From contig OZ242296.1 of NCBI GenBank assembly GCA_965207735.1, positions 2,496,001 through 2,560,000 of the forward strand: a stretch of 64,000 bases of DNA. The letters run 5' to 3'. Each line of letters begins with the position of its first letter. Positions within the stretch are counted from its first letter, which is position 1. Source of the DNA: Candidatus Versatilivorator sp. GTDB lineage: Bacteria; Acidobacteriota; Terriglobia; Versatilivoradales; Versatilivoraceae. Both the position numbers and the translations under genes were made by a program. Below the pieces are notes generated by a model that worked only from the letters and a program-made list of their open reading frames with translations, was not told the DNA's origin and did no database searches. This document shows, in pieces, positions 8,659 through 17,975 of the stretch.

Positions 8659-9861
8659 ATGAATATGGACCGCAGGAAGTTTCTGAGTCAGTCTCTGGCA
8701 GCTTCCGCCGGCTTGGCGGGACTGCCTTCCCTGGCCGGCGGCCGCCCTTCCAAAGAGAGACTTCGTGTCGGCATCATCGGCTGCGGCCGCATGGGACAGT
8801 ACTTCGCCGAGGTCTATCGGGCTCTGCCCGACACCGAGTTGGTGGCTATCGCCGAGTGGAATCCGGATCGGCGCAAGATTGTGGGAGAGCGCTTCGGAGT
8901 CAAGGCGCTCTTCAAGGATGTCAACGCCATGTTGAAGGACGTCGTTCCCGACCTGGCCGCGGTCATCACCCCCAGCAAGTATATGAAGGAAGCCGTCATC
9001 GCCTGTGCCGAAGCCGGGGTCAAGGGTGTCTCCACCGACAAGCCCGTGGCCGCCAGGCTGGCGGATGCCGACGCCATGGTCGAAGCCTGCCGGAAACGGG
9101 GAGTCGTTTTTGCAGGCGGCAATTTGCAGCGCGCCATGCCCGAGGTTCAGGAAGCCGGCCAACGCTTGAACGCGGGTCGATACGGCCAGCCCCTGGGAAT
9201 GGCCGTGCACGGATTCGGCGGGGAGATCTCCGGCGGCGGTTGCCAGCACATTTCCGTGCTGCGTCTGTTTGCCGGCGCCGAGGTCGAAGAGGTCATGGCC
9301 TGGGCCGGGCCTCCGGAGGCCCTCGAGCAAAAGGACGACAAGGGCCTCAACGTCAATGCCCTGTTCCGCATGAGCCGCGGGCCCGATTGCCAGGTCTTCG
9401 GGCTCACCCAACCCTACGGGACCCGACAGCTCAGCGGGGTGGACGTTTGGAGTGAGGACACCCTGGTCCGCTGGAAGTGGTCGAAGCCCGAAATTTATCA
9501 GGGGACCGGCGGCGGCGGCTCCCGGCGGCTCGTTGATGCAAAATATCGCCCCTTCACCTGGCGCCGCATCCTGGATGAGGTTCCCGGTCTGCGAAAGAGT
9601 GACAACTACCTGGTGGCCTCCATCCGTTCCTTTGTGGATGCCGTCAGAGGGGGGAGCGAGTTGTGGATCTCGGGCCATGATCTCAGGCAGGCTCTCGAGG
9701 TGGCCATTGCCTGCAAGGTATCGGCTCTGCGAGGCAATCGTCCCGTGAAGCTTCCTCTGAATGACCGGTCGCTGGCGTTGTATCCGAGGCCCTACCGCTG
9801 GCTGGGGGGAGACGCCACCGAGAACCCGCAATCGATTGAAGACGCGGCTGGAGGGACCTAG
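8659..9861 (+). CDS. Tat-exported Gfo/Idh/MocA family oxidoreductase
   Basis: MDRRKFL Tat motif, RVGIIGCGRMG Rossmann motif, DKP variant of the EKP motif. Confidence 0.9.
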   Translation: MNMDRRKFLSQSLAASAGLAGLPSLAGGRPSKERLRVGIIGCGRMGQYFAEVYRALPDTELVAIAEWNPDRRKIVGERFGVKALFKDVNAMLKDVVPDLAAVITPSKYMKEAVIACAEAGVKGVSTDKPVAARLADADAMVEACRKRGVVFAGGNLQRAMPEVQEAGQRLNAGRYGQPLGMAVHGFGGEISGGGCQHISVLRLFAGAEVEEVMAWAGPPEALEQKDDKGLNVNALFRMSRGPDCQVFGLTQPYGTRQLSGVDVWSEDTLVRWKWSKPEIYQGTGGGGSRRLVDAKYRPFTWRRILDEVPGLRKSDNYLVASIRSFVDAVRGGSELWISGHDLRQALEVAIACKVSALRGNRPVKLPLNDRSLALYPRPYRWLGGDATENPQSIEDAAGGT

Positions 9862-11435
9862 TGAAACCTGCCCTGAATCGCCGACAATTTCTGGGAGGAG
9901 CCGCCCTGGCGGCCCCGGGCCTGCTGGCCCCCGGCGGAGCTGCTTCGGCGGCGGGGCCGCGGCCCCAGCCCAAGCGGGCAGCCAAGCCGCGCCGCACCAT
10001 GTACTTCAACGACGCCCGCCACTACTACCTCTACGCCTTCGAGCCGCCCATGACCATGGAGGACGCCTGGCGTCCGGTGGACGAACTGGTGGAGACTTCG
10101 GTCGACACCCTGATCTACGGCGTGGAAACCGGAGGCGGACTGTTCAGCGACACCAAGGTGGGCGTGCGGGCCATGTCGCAGACGCGCCCCATCGACAGCG
10201 CCCATTACTGGCGGGCCTGGTACAACATGCAGAGCCTGATCGACCGGGGGCTGGACCCCTTGCAGGTGCTGATCGACCGGTCCCACGAACGCCAACTGGA
10301 CTTCATCATCAGCATGCGGATGGGCGGCGCGCCCCGGGACCCTCGCTATGTCATCGGCACATCCGGACCGGCCGCCGGAGGCGGAGGCCGCCTGGAGAAC
10401 AACATGGACTTCGCCCATCCCTGGGTCAGGGACACGCAGTTCTCCTGGATGGAGGAATTGGCAAGCTACCCGGCCGAAGGCATCGAGTACGATTTCGCCT
10501 TCACTCCCTACTATTTCAAGCCGAGCGAGGTCGAGCGGCACACCCCCCTGATGACCGCCTACGTGCGCCGGCTGTCGGAGATGATTCGAAGCAAGGGGGA
10601 AAACCGGATCGTGGGCGCCCGGGTCTTTCCGACCGAGGCCATGAATCGATCCCTGGGGCTGGACGTAAAGACCTGGGTGGAAGAGAAGCTGGTCGACTAC
10701 CTGGCGCCCCTCTACTACGGATACTTCCTGCTGGATCCCAATCTGCCGTTCGAGTCGCTGGTCGAGTTGGCCCGGCCGGCCGGGGCCGAGGTCTACCCCG
10801 TCTTGCAGCCCTACTTCATGCAACACGAGAAGCATGCCAGCCCGGCCATGCTGCGGGCGGCCATCGCCAACTATTGGGCCAAGGGGGCGGACGGCCTGAT
10901 CGTAGCCCCCTGGTTTCACTGGCCCTTCCGGGAGGAGGAACGGGCGTTGCTGACCGACATCGGCGACCCCGAGGCCGTCAAGGAACGGACCAAGCACCAC
11001 TTTGTCTCCCCACGGCAGGAGGATGCCGCCGCCCTGGGTTACGGCCACCCGCTTCCCTTGCAGTTGGAGGGCAAAAGCCCACGGAGCTCATCCGTTCCCT
11101 TTTATATCGCGGACGACTGCCGGTCGGACCGGGTGGCGCGAACGAGGCTGCTGTTGAGAGTGCGGAACCTGGTGACCGCCGACAACCTGGAGTTGAGCCT
11201 CAACGGGAGCTCGCTGGCTGGAGAGCCCATGCGGCGCACCAGCCACCGCTACGACTTCCAATGGCTGGAGTACACCCTGAGCAAGGTGCTTCCCCGCCCC
11301 GGGGAGAACGTGCTGTCTGCCCGTCTGGCCTCGCGGCCGGAGGGACTGGGCGGAGGGGTCACCGTTGACCAAATGGAGATCCTGGTCGAATACGCGGGTC
11401 CCCAGTCCATTTCCGACCGACCGGATATGCTCTAA
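9861..11435 (+). CDS. Tat-exported glycoside hydrolase-like (GHL10-type TIM barrel) protein, paralog 1
   Basis: NRRQFL Tat motif, YFNDARH, EGIEYDF, LDVKTWVEEKLVD, YWAKGADG. C-terminal beta-sandwich-like domain (LSLNG..PRPGENVL). Confidence 0.75.
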   Translation: MKPALNRRQFLGGAALAAPGLLAPGGAASAAGPRPQPKRAAKPRRTMYFNDARHYYLYAFEPPMTMEDAWRPVDELVETSVDTLIYGVETGGGLFSDTKVGVRAMSQTRPIDSAHYWRAWYNMQSLIDRGLDPLQVLIDRSHERQLDFIISMRMGGAPRDPRYVIGTSGPAAGGGGRLENNMDFAHPWVRDTQFSWMEELASYPAEGIEYDFAFTPYYFKPSEVERHTPLMTAYVRRLSEMIRSKGENRIVGARVFPTEAMNRSLGLDVKTWVEEKLVDYLAPLYYGYFLLDPNLPFESLVELARPAGAEVYPVLQPYFMQHEKHASPAMLRAAIANYWAKGADGLIVAPWFHWPFREEERALLTDIGDPEAVKERTKHHFVSPRQEDAAALGYGHPLPLQLEGKSPRSSSVPFYIADDCRSDRVARTRLLLRVRNLVTADNLELSLNGSSLAGEPMRRTSHRYDFQWLEYTLSKVLPRPGENVLSARLASRPEGLGGGVTVDQMEILVEYAGPQSISDRPDML

Positions 11436-11451
11436 AAAGGAGTGAATAACC

Positions 11452-13152
11452 ATGCGACGACGAAGCTTCCTTTCAAGAACTCTGGCCGGCGCCGCCTCAC
11501 TGGGGCTGCTGGGTTCCAGAAAAGCCGCGGCCGGGGCGGCCCCGCAACCGGCGGCCACTCACGCATCCGGCCGAAAACCCACCATGATGTTCTACCACGA
11601 TGGACGTCACCCCCTCATCTACATGTACGAACCTCCCATGCAGAAGGAAGAGTACGAGACGGCCGTGGACGAGCTGCTGGGAACCCCCATCGAAGCCATC
11701 ATGTTCACCATGGGAGACGGACGGACGGTGCTGCACGACACCAAGGTAGGCGAGCTGTGGGGACACAACGTCAAGAAGTGGCCGCACCTGATCTTCCGTC
11801 GGGCTCACCAGAACGCCCGGGCGCTCATCGATGCCGGACACGATCCGCTGCGCGTCGTTTGCGACCGGGCCAAGGCCAAGGGAATGCTGATCTATCCGGT
11901 GCTGCTGGTTCAGCAAGGCACCGGCAAGCGGGGAACAGACACCCGCGGCTCGGACTTTCGATTCGATAACACCCATCTTGAAATAGGGGCCGGCGGCGGG
12001 GTTGATCCCGAGTTCCCGGGCTTCCACGGGCTGGACTTCAAACTCGAAGAAGTGCGCAATGAGCGGTTCGCCCTGGTGGAGGAGACCGTGAACCGCTACC
12101 CGGTGGACGGCTTCGAGCTTCAGCTCGACTACATGCCCTACTACTTCCGGCCGGACGAGGTGGATACCGGTCGCCCCATCATGACCGAGTGGATCGCCCG
12201 GGTCCACCGCGCCGTCAAGCAGAGCGGAGCCCAGCGGGAGCTTGCCATCCGCATTCCCACCAGCCTCGAAGGCTGCTATTCGGTGGGGCTCGACGTCAGG
12301 GAATGGATTCGTCAGGGTATCGTGGACGTGCTCATCGGCCAGAACTTCTCGGGTCCCGAGCTGGTGGACCAAAACGCCGACTTCCGCCCCTTGGTGGCAG
12401 CCGCCAAGGAGTCGCCGTGCCGGGTCCACGCGGCCATCCACAGCCATATCGACTCCGATCGGCTGGGCGAGGCCACCGTCAAGATGATTCGGGCCGCGGC
12501 CTGCAACTACTGGGACCAGGGCGTCGACGGGCTCTACGTGGCTCATTGGTTCAGCAACTGGCCCTACGAGGGAGATTTCTACGAGAAGCTGCGCGAACTC
12601 CCCTATCCCGAGGTGATGGCCCCCAAGGACAAGACCTACTTCGTGACCACCATGACCGGCCGTTACCCCAGGCCTTCCACCGAGCCCGGACTCTCCATGC
12701 AGTTGCCGGCCGATCTCAAGGTCAACCAGCCGGTCAAGCTGGAGATGACCGTCAGCGACGACCTGCTCCGCTGGCACAAGGACGGCCGGGTCCATGAAGT
12801 CCTCCTGCGGGCCAGAATGATCAATTCGACCGAGCTGGACCGGTTCAGCGTCCGGCTGAACGGCAAGGCCCTTCCCCAATCCGGCTTGCGCAAGATCAAT
12901 CAGCTCTACCGCATGGTGGCGCCGCGCTACCGGGTCAACAACTGCTACTGGCACATCTACCGGCTGGACAGCAGCCACTGGCCGCGCAAGGGGAGCAACA
13001 CCGTGGAAATCACCCTGACCCGGCGAGATCCCGACATCACTCCCCAGATCTTCCTGAGAGACCTGGAGCTGGACATCAAGTACCTGATGGGCAAGAACTT
13101 TCACCGAGGACAGGACCCTGACCTGGGTGAAGTCCAGTCCCTGACCGACTGA
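11452..13152 (+). CDS. Tat-exported GHL10-like protein, paralog 2
   Basis: MRRRSFL Tat motif, FYHDGRH, YPVDGFELQL, GLDVREWIRQGIVD, YWDQGVDGLY. Confidence 0.75.
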   Translation: MRRRSFLSRTLAGAASLGLLGSRKAAAGAAPQPAATHASGRKPTMMFYHDGRHPLIYMYEPPMQKEEYETAVDELLGTPIEAIMFTMGDGRTVLHDTKVGELWGHNVKKWPHLIFRRAHQNARALIDAGHDPLRVVCDRAKAKGMLIYPVLLVQQGTGKRGTDTRGSDFRFDNTHLEIGAGGGVDPEFPGFHGLDFKLEEVRNERFALVEETVNRYPVDGFELQLDYMPYYFRPDEVDTGRPIMTEWIARVHRAVKQSGAQRELAIRIPTSLEGCYSVGLDVREWIRQGIVDVLIGQNFSGPELVDQNADFRPLVAAAKESPCRVHAAIHSHIDSDRLGEATVKMIRAAACNYWDQGVDGLYVAHWFSNWPYEGDFYEKLRELPYPEVMAPKDKTYFVTTMTGRYPRPSTEPGLSMQLPADLKVNQPVKLEMTVSDDLLRWHKDGRVHEVLLRARMINSTELDRFSVRLNGKALPQSGLRKINQLYRMVAPRYRVNNCYWHIYRLDSSHWPRKGSNTVEITLTRRDPDITPQIFLRDLELDIKYLMGKNFHRGQDPDLGEVQSLTD

Positions 13153-13201
13153 GGTCTCCAACTCGCTCGGATCCTGACACCCCGGAGTGGTGAACCAACC
13201 C

Positions 13202-14896
13202 ATGAAACGGCACGGTTTCTTCCAAACAGCTGCTGCAGCGGGCCTGGCCGCAGGGCTGGCCTCCCCTTCCCCGCGAGCGCGGCAGGCGCAAGCCTCCCCT
13301 TCGGGTGCCGGCGGGACGACCCGCAAGCCCCGCATCATGTTCTACCACGACGGCCGTCATCCCCTGATCTACATGTACGAGCCACCCATGCAAAAGGAGG
13401 AGTTCGAATCGGCCGTGAACGAATTGCTGGGGACCCCGGTGGAAGCCCTGATGTTCACCATGGGAGACGGCCGCACGGTGTTGCACGACACCCGGGTGGG
13501 CGAGCTCTGGGGAGACCACCTCAGAAACAAGAAGTGGCCCCACCTCATCTTCCGCCGCGCCTACCAGAACGCCAAGGGCCTGATCCAGGCCGGCCAGGAC
13601 CCGCTCCGTGTCGTCTTTGACCGGGCCCACCGGCGGGGGATGCTGGTCTACCCGGTGCTGCTGGTTCAGCAGGGGACCGGAAAGCGCGGGGAGGACACCC
13701 GCGCCTCGGAATTCCGCCTCGACCACCGCCACCTGGAAATCGGCGCCGAGGGCGGGGTCGATCCGGCCTTCCCCGGTTTCCATGGCCTGGACTTCAAGCA
13801 CGAGGCGGTGCGCCGGGAGCGGTTCGCCCTGATCGAAGAAACCCTTCAGCGCTACCCGGTGGACGGCTTCGAGCTGCAGCTCAACTACATGCCCTACTAC
13901 TTCCGTCCCGACGAGGTCGAGCCCGGACGCCGGACCATGACCGAGTGGATCCGGCGGGTTTTCCAGGCGGTGAAGCGGAGCGGAGAGGGACGCGAGCTGG
14001 TCCTGCGGGTGCCGGCCAGCCTGGAGCAGTGTGAATCGGTGGGGCTGGACATCCGGGAATGGCTGCGAGAAGGCATTGTGGACGTACTCATCCCGCAGGG
14101 CCCCGGCCGCTTCGATCAGATGCTGGACCTGGGGCCGATGGTGTCGGCCGCGCGAGGATCCGGCTGCCGCATACACGGCTACCTTCCCAGCACCGTGGAT
14201 TCCGACCGCCTGATGGAGTCCACCCTCCCCATCACCCGGGCAGGCGCCTGCAATCTGTGGGACCAGGGAGTGGACGGGCTCTACGTGGCCCAGTGGTTCA
14301 GCAAATGGCCCTACGGGAGTTCCTTTTACGAGCGGTTGCGGGAGCTGCCCCATCCCGAAGTCATGGCTCCCCGGGACAAACACTACTTTCTGCAGACGAC
14401 AACGGGACGCTACCCCGACCGGGCCGGGCGGCAGCTTCCGGCGGAGTTGGAAGTCGACCGGCCGGTGAGCCTGGAATTCAAGATCAGCGACGAACTGCCC
14501 CGTTGGGCCAAGACGGGTCGGGTCCACCAGGTCCTCTTGCGAGTCCGGCTGTCCAATACCACCGAGCTGGACCGCATCGTCTTCCGGCTGAACGGAAAGC
14601 CCCTTCCCGATTCGAGCTTGCGCAAGATCAACCAAATGTTTAAGCTCAAGATTCCGCGTTTCTTCCAGTTCGGTTACTGGTATGTTTACAAGCTGGACAC
14701 GGACCATTGGCCGACCAGGGGTCTGAACCTCCTGGAGGTGGAGTTGAAGCAGCGGGATCCGGAGATCACGCCTCAGATCGCCGTCAGCAACCTGGAACTG
14801 CAGATCAAATACCTGCTGGGAAAGCACATGAGGCGGGACTCGGAGACGGACCTGGGGGCTCGGGAGAGCCGCAACGACAGACATGGAAACGCATGA
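13202..14896 (+). CDS. GHL10-like protein, paralog 3 (close tandem paralog of 11452-13152; degenerate Tat motif)
   Basis: Long identical stretches with paralog 2 (FYHDGRHPLIYMYEPPMQKEE; KKWPHLIFRRA). N-terminus MKRHGFFQ. Confidence 0.75.
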   Translation: MKRHGFFQTAAAAGLAAGLASPSPRARQAQASPSGAGGTTRKPRIMFYHDGRHPLIYMYEPPMQKEEFESAVNELLGTPVEALMFTMGDGRTVLHDTRVGELWGDHLRNKKWPHLIFRRAYQNAKGLIQAGQDPLRVVFDRAHRRGMLVYPVLLVQQGTGKRGEDTRASEFRLDHRHLEIGAEGGVDPAFPGFHGLDFKHEAVRRERFALIEETLQRYPVDGFELQLNYMPYYFRPDEVEPGRRTMTEWIRRVFQAVKRSGEGRELVLRVPASLEQCESVGLDIREWLREGIVDVLIPQGPGRFDQMLDLGPMVSAARGSGCRIHGYLPSTVDSDRLMESTLPITRAGACNLWDQGVDGLYVAQWFSKWPYGSSFYERLRELPHPEVMAPRDKHYFLQTTTGRYPDRAGRQLPAELEVDRPVSLEFKISDELPRWAKTGRVHQVLLRVRLSNTTELDRIVFRLNGKPLPDSSLRKINQMFKLKIPRFFQFGYWYVYKLDTDHWPTRGLNLLEVELKQRDPEITPQIAVSNLELQIKYLLGKHMRRDSETDLGARESRNDRHGNA

Positions 14897-15690
14897 ATCG
14901 ACGTCACTTCTTACAGGGAGCTGGAATCCTCTTGACGGGCGGTAGCGGTTTCGACCGGGAAGCTCAGGCTTCCTCCCAAGACGAGCGCCGCATCCTGATC
15001 ACCAGCGGTGAGACGGAGTTGGCCCAGGTCATTGCCGATCACCTCAGCCGCGACCGCGACGTCCGGCTCACCGGTCTGACGGCTGTCCCAAGCCGTTTCC
15101 CCTTCACTGCTTGCCAACTGGATCACGACTCGGCCACCGACGAACTGGTGCGGGGGGTGGAGGCCATCGTCCACGTGGCTGAGCCGCCTTCGGGCGCGGA
15201 CGATCGGGAACAGATCGATCACCTGACCCGCAGGACCTACAACCTGGCGAGAGCGGCAGTGGACGCCGGGGTCGACCGTCTTCTCTTTCTCAGCACACTG
15301 GAGCTGATGACGGGCTACGACGAGGACTTCCTGGTCAGCGAACGCTGGCGGCCGCTTCCCACCACCCGGCCGTCCGTGCTGGCCAAGCACCTGGGCGAGT
15401 ACACCTGCCGGGAGTTTGCCCGGGAACAAAAGCTGCAGGTGATGGTTCTTCGACTCGGCAAGGTGGTCAAGGCCGTGGCCGTCAAGGGACAAACCGCCGA
15501 TCCCCTATGGGTGGAGGAGCGAGAAGTGGCCCAGGCCGTCGCCGGCGCCCTGGATGCCAAGCTTACCGACCACGCCCAGGGAGTGGGCCGCTGGAGAGTC
15601 TTCAACGTGCAGTCGGAGTTTCCCGGGTCTCGCTTCCCGGTCGCCAACGCCAAGGGGGCTTTGGGTTATCGACCCTGGTTCAAGCCCTGA
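14893..15690 (+). CDS. Tat-signal NAD-dependent epimerase/dehydratase-like protein with degenerate catalytic motifs
   Basis: MNRRHFL Tat motif. Extended-SDR-like fold, but ILITSGETELA replaces GxxGxxG and SVLAK replaces YxxxK. ATGA overlap with the upstream stop. Confidence 0.8.
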   Translation: MNRRHFLQGAGILLTGGSGFDREAQASSQDERRILITSGETELAQVIADHLSRDRDVRLTGLTAVPSRFPFTACQLDHDSATDELVRGVEAIVHVAEPPSGADDREQIDHLTRRTYNLARAAVDAGVDRLLFLSTLELMTGYDEDFLVSERWRPLPTTRPSVLAKHLGEYTCREFAREQKLQVMVLRLGKVVKAVAVKGQTADPLWVEEREVAQAVAGALDAKLTDHAQGVGRWRVFNVQSEFPGSRFPVANAKGALGYRPWFKP

Positions 15691-15711
15691 GGAGAATGGC
15701 AGGTTAAATCC

Positions 15712-16440
15712 ATGAAAGTGCTCATCATCGGAGCCACCGGCTATCTGGGACCTCACGTGGTCAAGGCGCTGGAAGACCACTACGAGCTCCTGCTCACCGA
15801 TATCAAACCGCCCAAGGAGAACACGCGCCATCCCTTCCAGAGGGTGGATGTCAGCTCCATGGAGCAGGTCCAGCGGGCCGCCGAGGGAATGGATGCCATC
15901 CTCAACCTTTCGGTGCTGCGGGAGCACCGGCGGATCGCCTTCGACGTGAACGCCCTGGGATGCTACAACATCATGCGGGCAGCCGTGGACCATGGAATTC
16001 GCCGGGTCATCAACACCGGGCCCCACTTCACCATCACCGGTCCGCTCTACGAGGGCATCGACCACGGCATCACGCCCGACGTCCCTCCCCACCCCAGCAC
16101 CATCCTCTACGCCTTGACCAAATCCCTGGGCCAGGAGATCTGCCGGGTGTTCAGCCGGCACCACGACGTCTACGTGCTGGACTACCTGTTCTACAACTTT
16201 CGCGACCCCAAACAGGTGAAGCGGGGCTCGGGAGGAGTGCCCTTCATCGTCTCCTGGGATGACGCCGGAGAGGCCTTCCGGCTCGGCCTGGAGATCGAAC
16301 TGGACCGGCTGCCCTCTCGCTGTGAAATCTTCTTCATCTCCGGGGACATGCCCCAAGGGAAGTTTCTCAACGAAAAGACCAAACGCGTGCTGGGCTTCAA
16401 GCCCAAGGACGATTTGGCCTTCCTTTGGCAGCGGCCCTGA
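15712..16440 (+). CDS. NAD(P)-dependent epimerase/dehydrogenase (extended SDR, uronate-dehydrogenase-like)
   Basis: MKVLIIGATGYLG and YALTK motifs. No signal peptide. Confidence 0.88.
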   Translation: MKVLIIGATGYLGPHVVKALEDHYELLLTDIKPPKENTRHPFQRVDVSSMEQVQRAAEGMDAILNLSVLREHRRIAFDVNALGCYNIMRAAVDHGIRRVINTGPHFTITGPLYEGIDHGITPDVPPHPSTILYALTKSLGQEICRVFSRHHDVYVLDYLFYNFRDPKQVKRGSGGVPFIVSWDDAGEAFRLGLEIELDRLPSRCEIFFISGDMPQGKFLNEKTKRVLGFKPKDDLAFLWQRP

Positions 16441-16557
16441 CCGGCTGCGACTCTGGTTCCATGGGTTTACGCCCACGGCTACCTGCTGGCGCCGCTTCGC
16501 GGCTCGTCTCCAACCCACGGGCTGCCGCCCGAGAAATGACTATTCACGGATAAAGCC

Positions 16558-17937
16558 ATGATCCATCGCCGTCGTTTATTGAAGACTGCCGCCCTGGGAG
16601 CGGGGCTGGCTCCTTTTTCCCTATCCATGCTGGCCGAGGTGCGGAAAAGGATGAAGATCGTCGAGATCGAGGAGCACGAAGTGGTTGCTCCCTATCAGGA
16701 CTACAACGCCGAGGCGCTCTTTCGGTATCACGGACTCTCCTTGCAGAGACGTGTCATCTACGTGGTCAAGACCGACCTGGGGCTGGAGGGTTACGGAGAG
16801 AGCGGGGGCCCGCTGCGGGAGGGACGTTACAAGGACTACCTGGGCAGCGATCCGTTCGACTGGATGGCCGACACCAAGAACCTGCCCATGAACATGGCCG
16901 TCTACGACCTCATGGGGAAATATCTGGGTCTGCCCGCCTGGAAGCTCCTGGGACCCAAGGTGCGCTCCTGGATTCCGGTGGCGGCCTGGACCGTCTCCCG
17001 GCCTCCGGATGAAATGGCGGAAGAAGTGATCGACGTATCCCGGCGGGGCTACCACTGGCTCAAGTACCACGTGGACGTGCTGCAGAACGCCATCGATCAG
17101 ACCGAGGCCATGCAGAAGGTCGCTCCCCCCGGGTTCAAAATCCACTACGACTTCAATGAGGACTCCAACTTCGAAGCCGTCTACCCGGTGCTGCGGGAGC
17201 TGGAAAAGTTTCCCGTCGCCGGACGGATCGAGGATCCCATCCGTTCCGAAGATCGCGACGGCTATCGCCTGCTGCGGGAGAAGTGCTCCATCCCCATCCT
17301 CATTCACCACGGCCCTCACGACGTCTTCATGAGAGACGGCCTCTGCGACGGTTTCATGGGCGGCCACGCTGCGGTGGGCCATGCCATGAAGCTGTCGGCC
17401 ATGGCGGAGTCGACCAATACGCCTTTCATGCTCCAGCAGACGGGCGGCATCATCAACCAGGCCTTCCTGGCTCATGAAGTGGCCGTGTTTCCCATGGCCG
17501 TCCTGGACCACGTCAACGGGTGCCATCTCTGGAAGGAGCAGGTCACCCGCGAGGACATGCCCGTGGTGGGGGGAAGCGTCGCGCTCCCGGAAGGGCCCGG
17601 GCTGGGAATCAGCCTTGACCGGGAGAAACTGAAGCGGCTGGCCCAAGCCCCGCGGCCCAAACAAACCCGCTTCCTGGTGCGTGTCCGCTATGAAGACGGC
17701 CTCAGCATCTACTTCCGGTTCGACCCCGATCTTCCCGGGGCCAACGTGAGATTCCTCAATCCCCCCGGATTCGGGCAACGAAACTCAGGCTTCGGACCGG
17801 ATGTCCCCGGGCCGGTTCCGGGTTATGCCAACCCGGTGGTCAGCGACTTTTGGGATGAAACCGGTTCTCCGGAATTCGAGGCCATGTGGGAACGCGCGGC
17901 GGAAGGTCCGGTCTGGGAGCAAACCGGCAAGCCCTGA
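16558..17937 (+). CDS. Tat-exported mandelate racemase/muconate lactonizing (enolase superfamily) enzyme, paralog 1
   Basis: HRRRLLK Tat motif, VKTDLGLEGYGE, MAVYDLMGKYLGLPAWKLLG, DFN, IEDP, PEGPGLGI. Confidence 0.88.
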   Translation: MIHRRRLLKTAALGAGLAPFSLSMLAEVRKRMKIVEIEEHEVVAPYQDYNAEALFRYHGLSLQRRVIYVVKTDLGLEGYGESGGPLREGRYKDYLGSDPFDWMADTKNLPMNMAVYDLMGKYLGLPAWKLLGPKVRSWIPVAAWTVSRPPDEMAEEVIDVSRRGYHWLKYHVDVLQNAIDQTEAMQKVAPPGFKIHYDFNEDSNFEAVYPVLRELEKFPVAGRIEDPIRSEDRDGYRLLREKCSIPILIHHGPHDVFMRDGLCDGFMGGHAAVGHAMKLSAMAESTNTPFMLQQTGGIINQAFLAHEVAVFPMAVLDHVNGCHLWKEQVTREDMPVVGGSVALPEGPGLGISLDREKLKRLAQAPRPKQTRFLVRVRYEDGLSIYFRFDPDLPGANVRFLNPPGFGQRNSGFGPDVPGPVPGYANPVVSDFWDETGSPEFEAMWERAAEGPVWEQTGKP

Positions 17938-17975
17938 CCGATGCGGTCAGTGGATTCCAATCGTGAGGAGACGCC

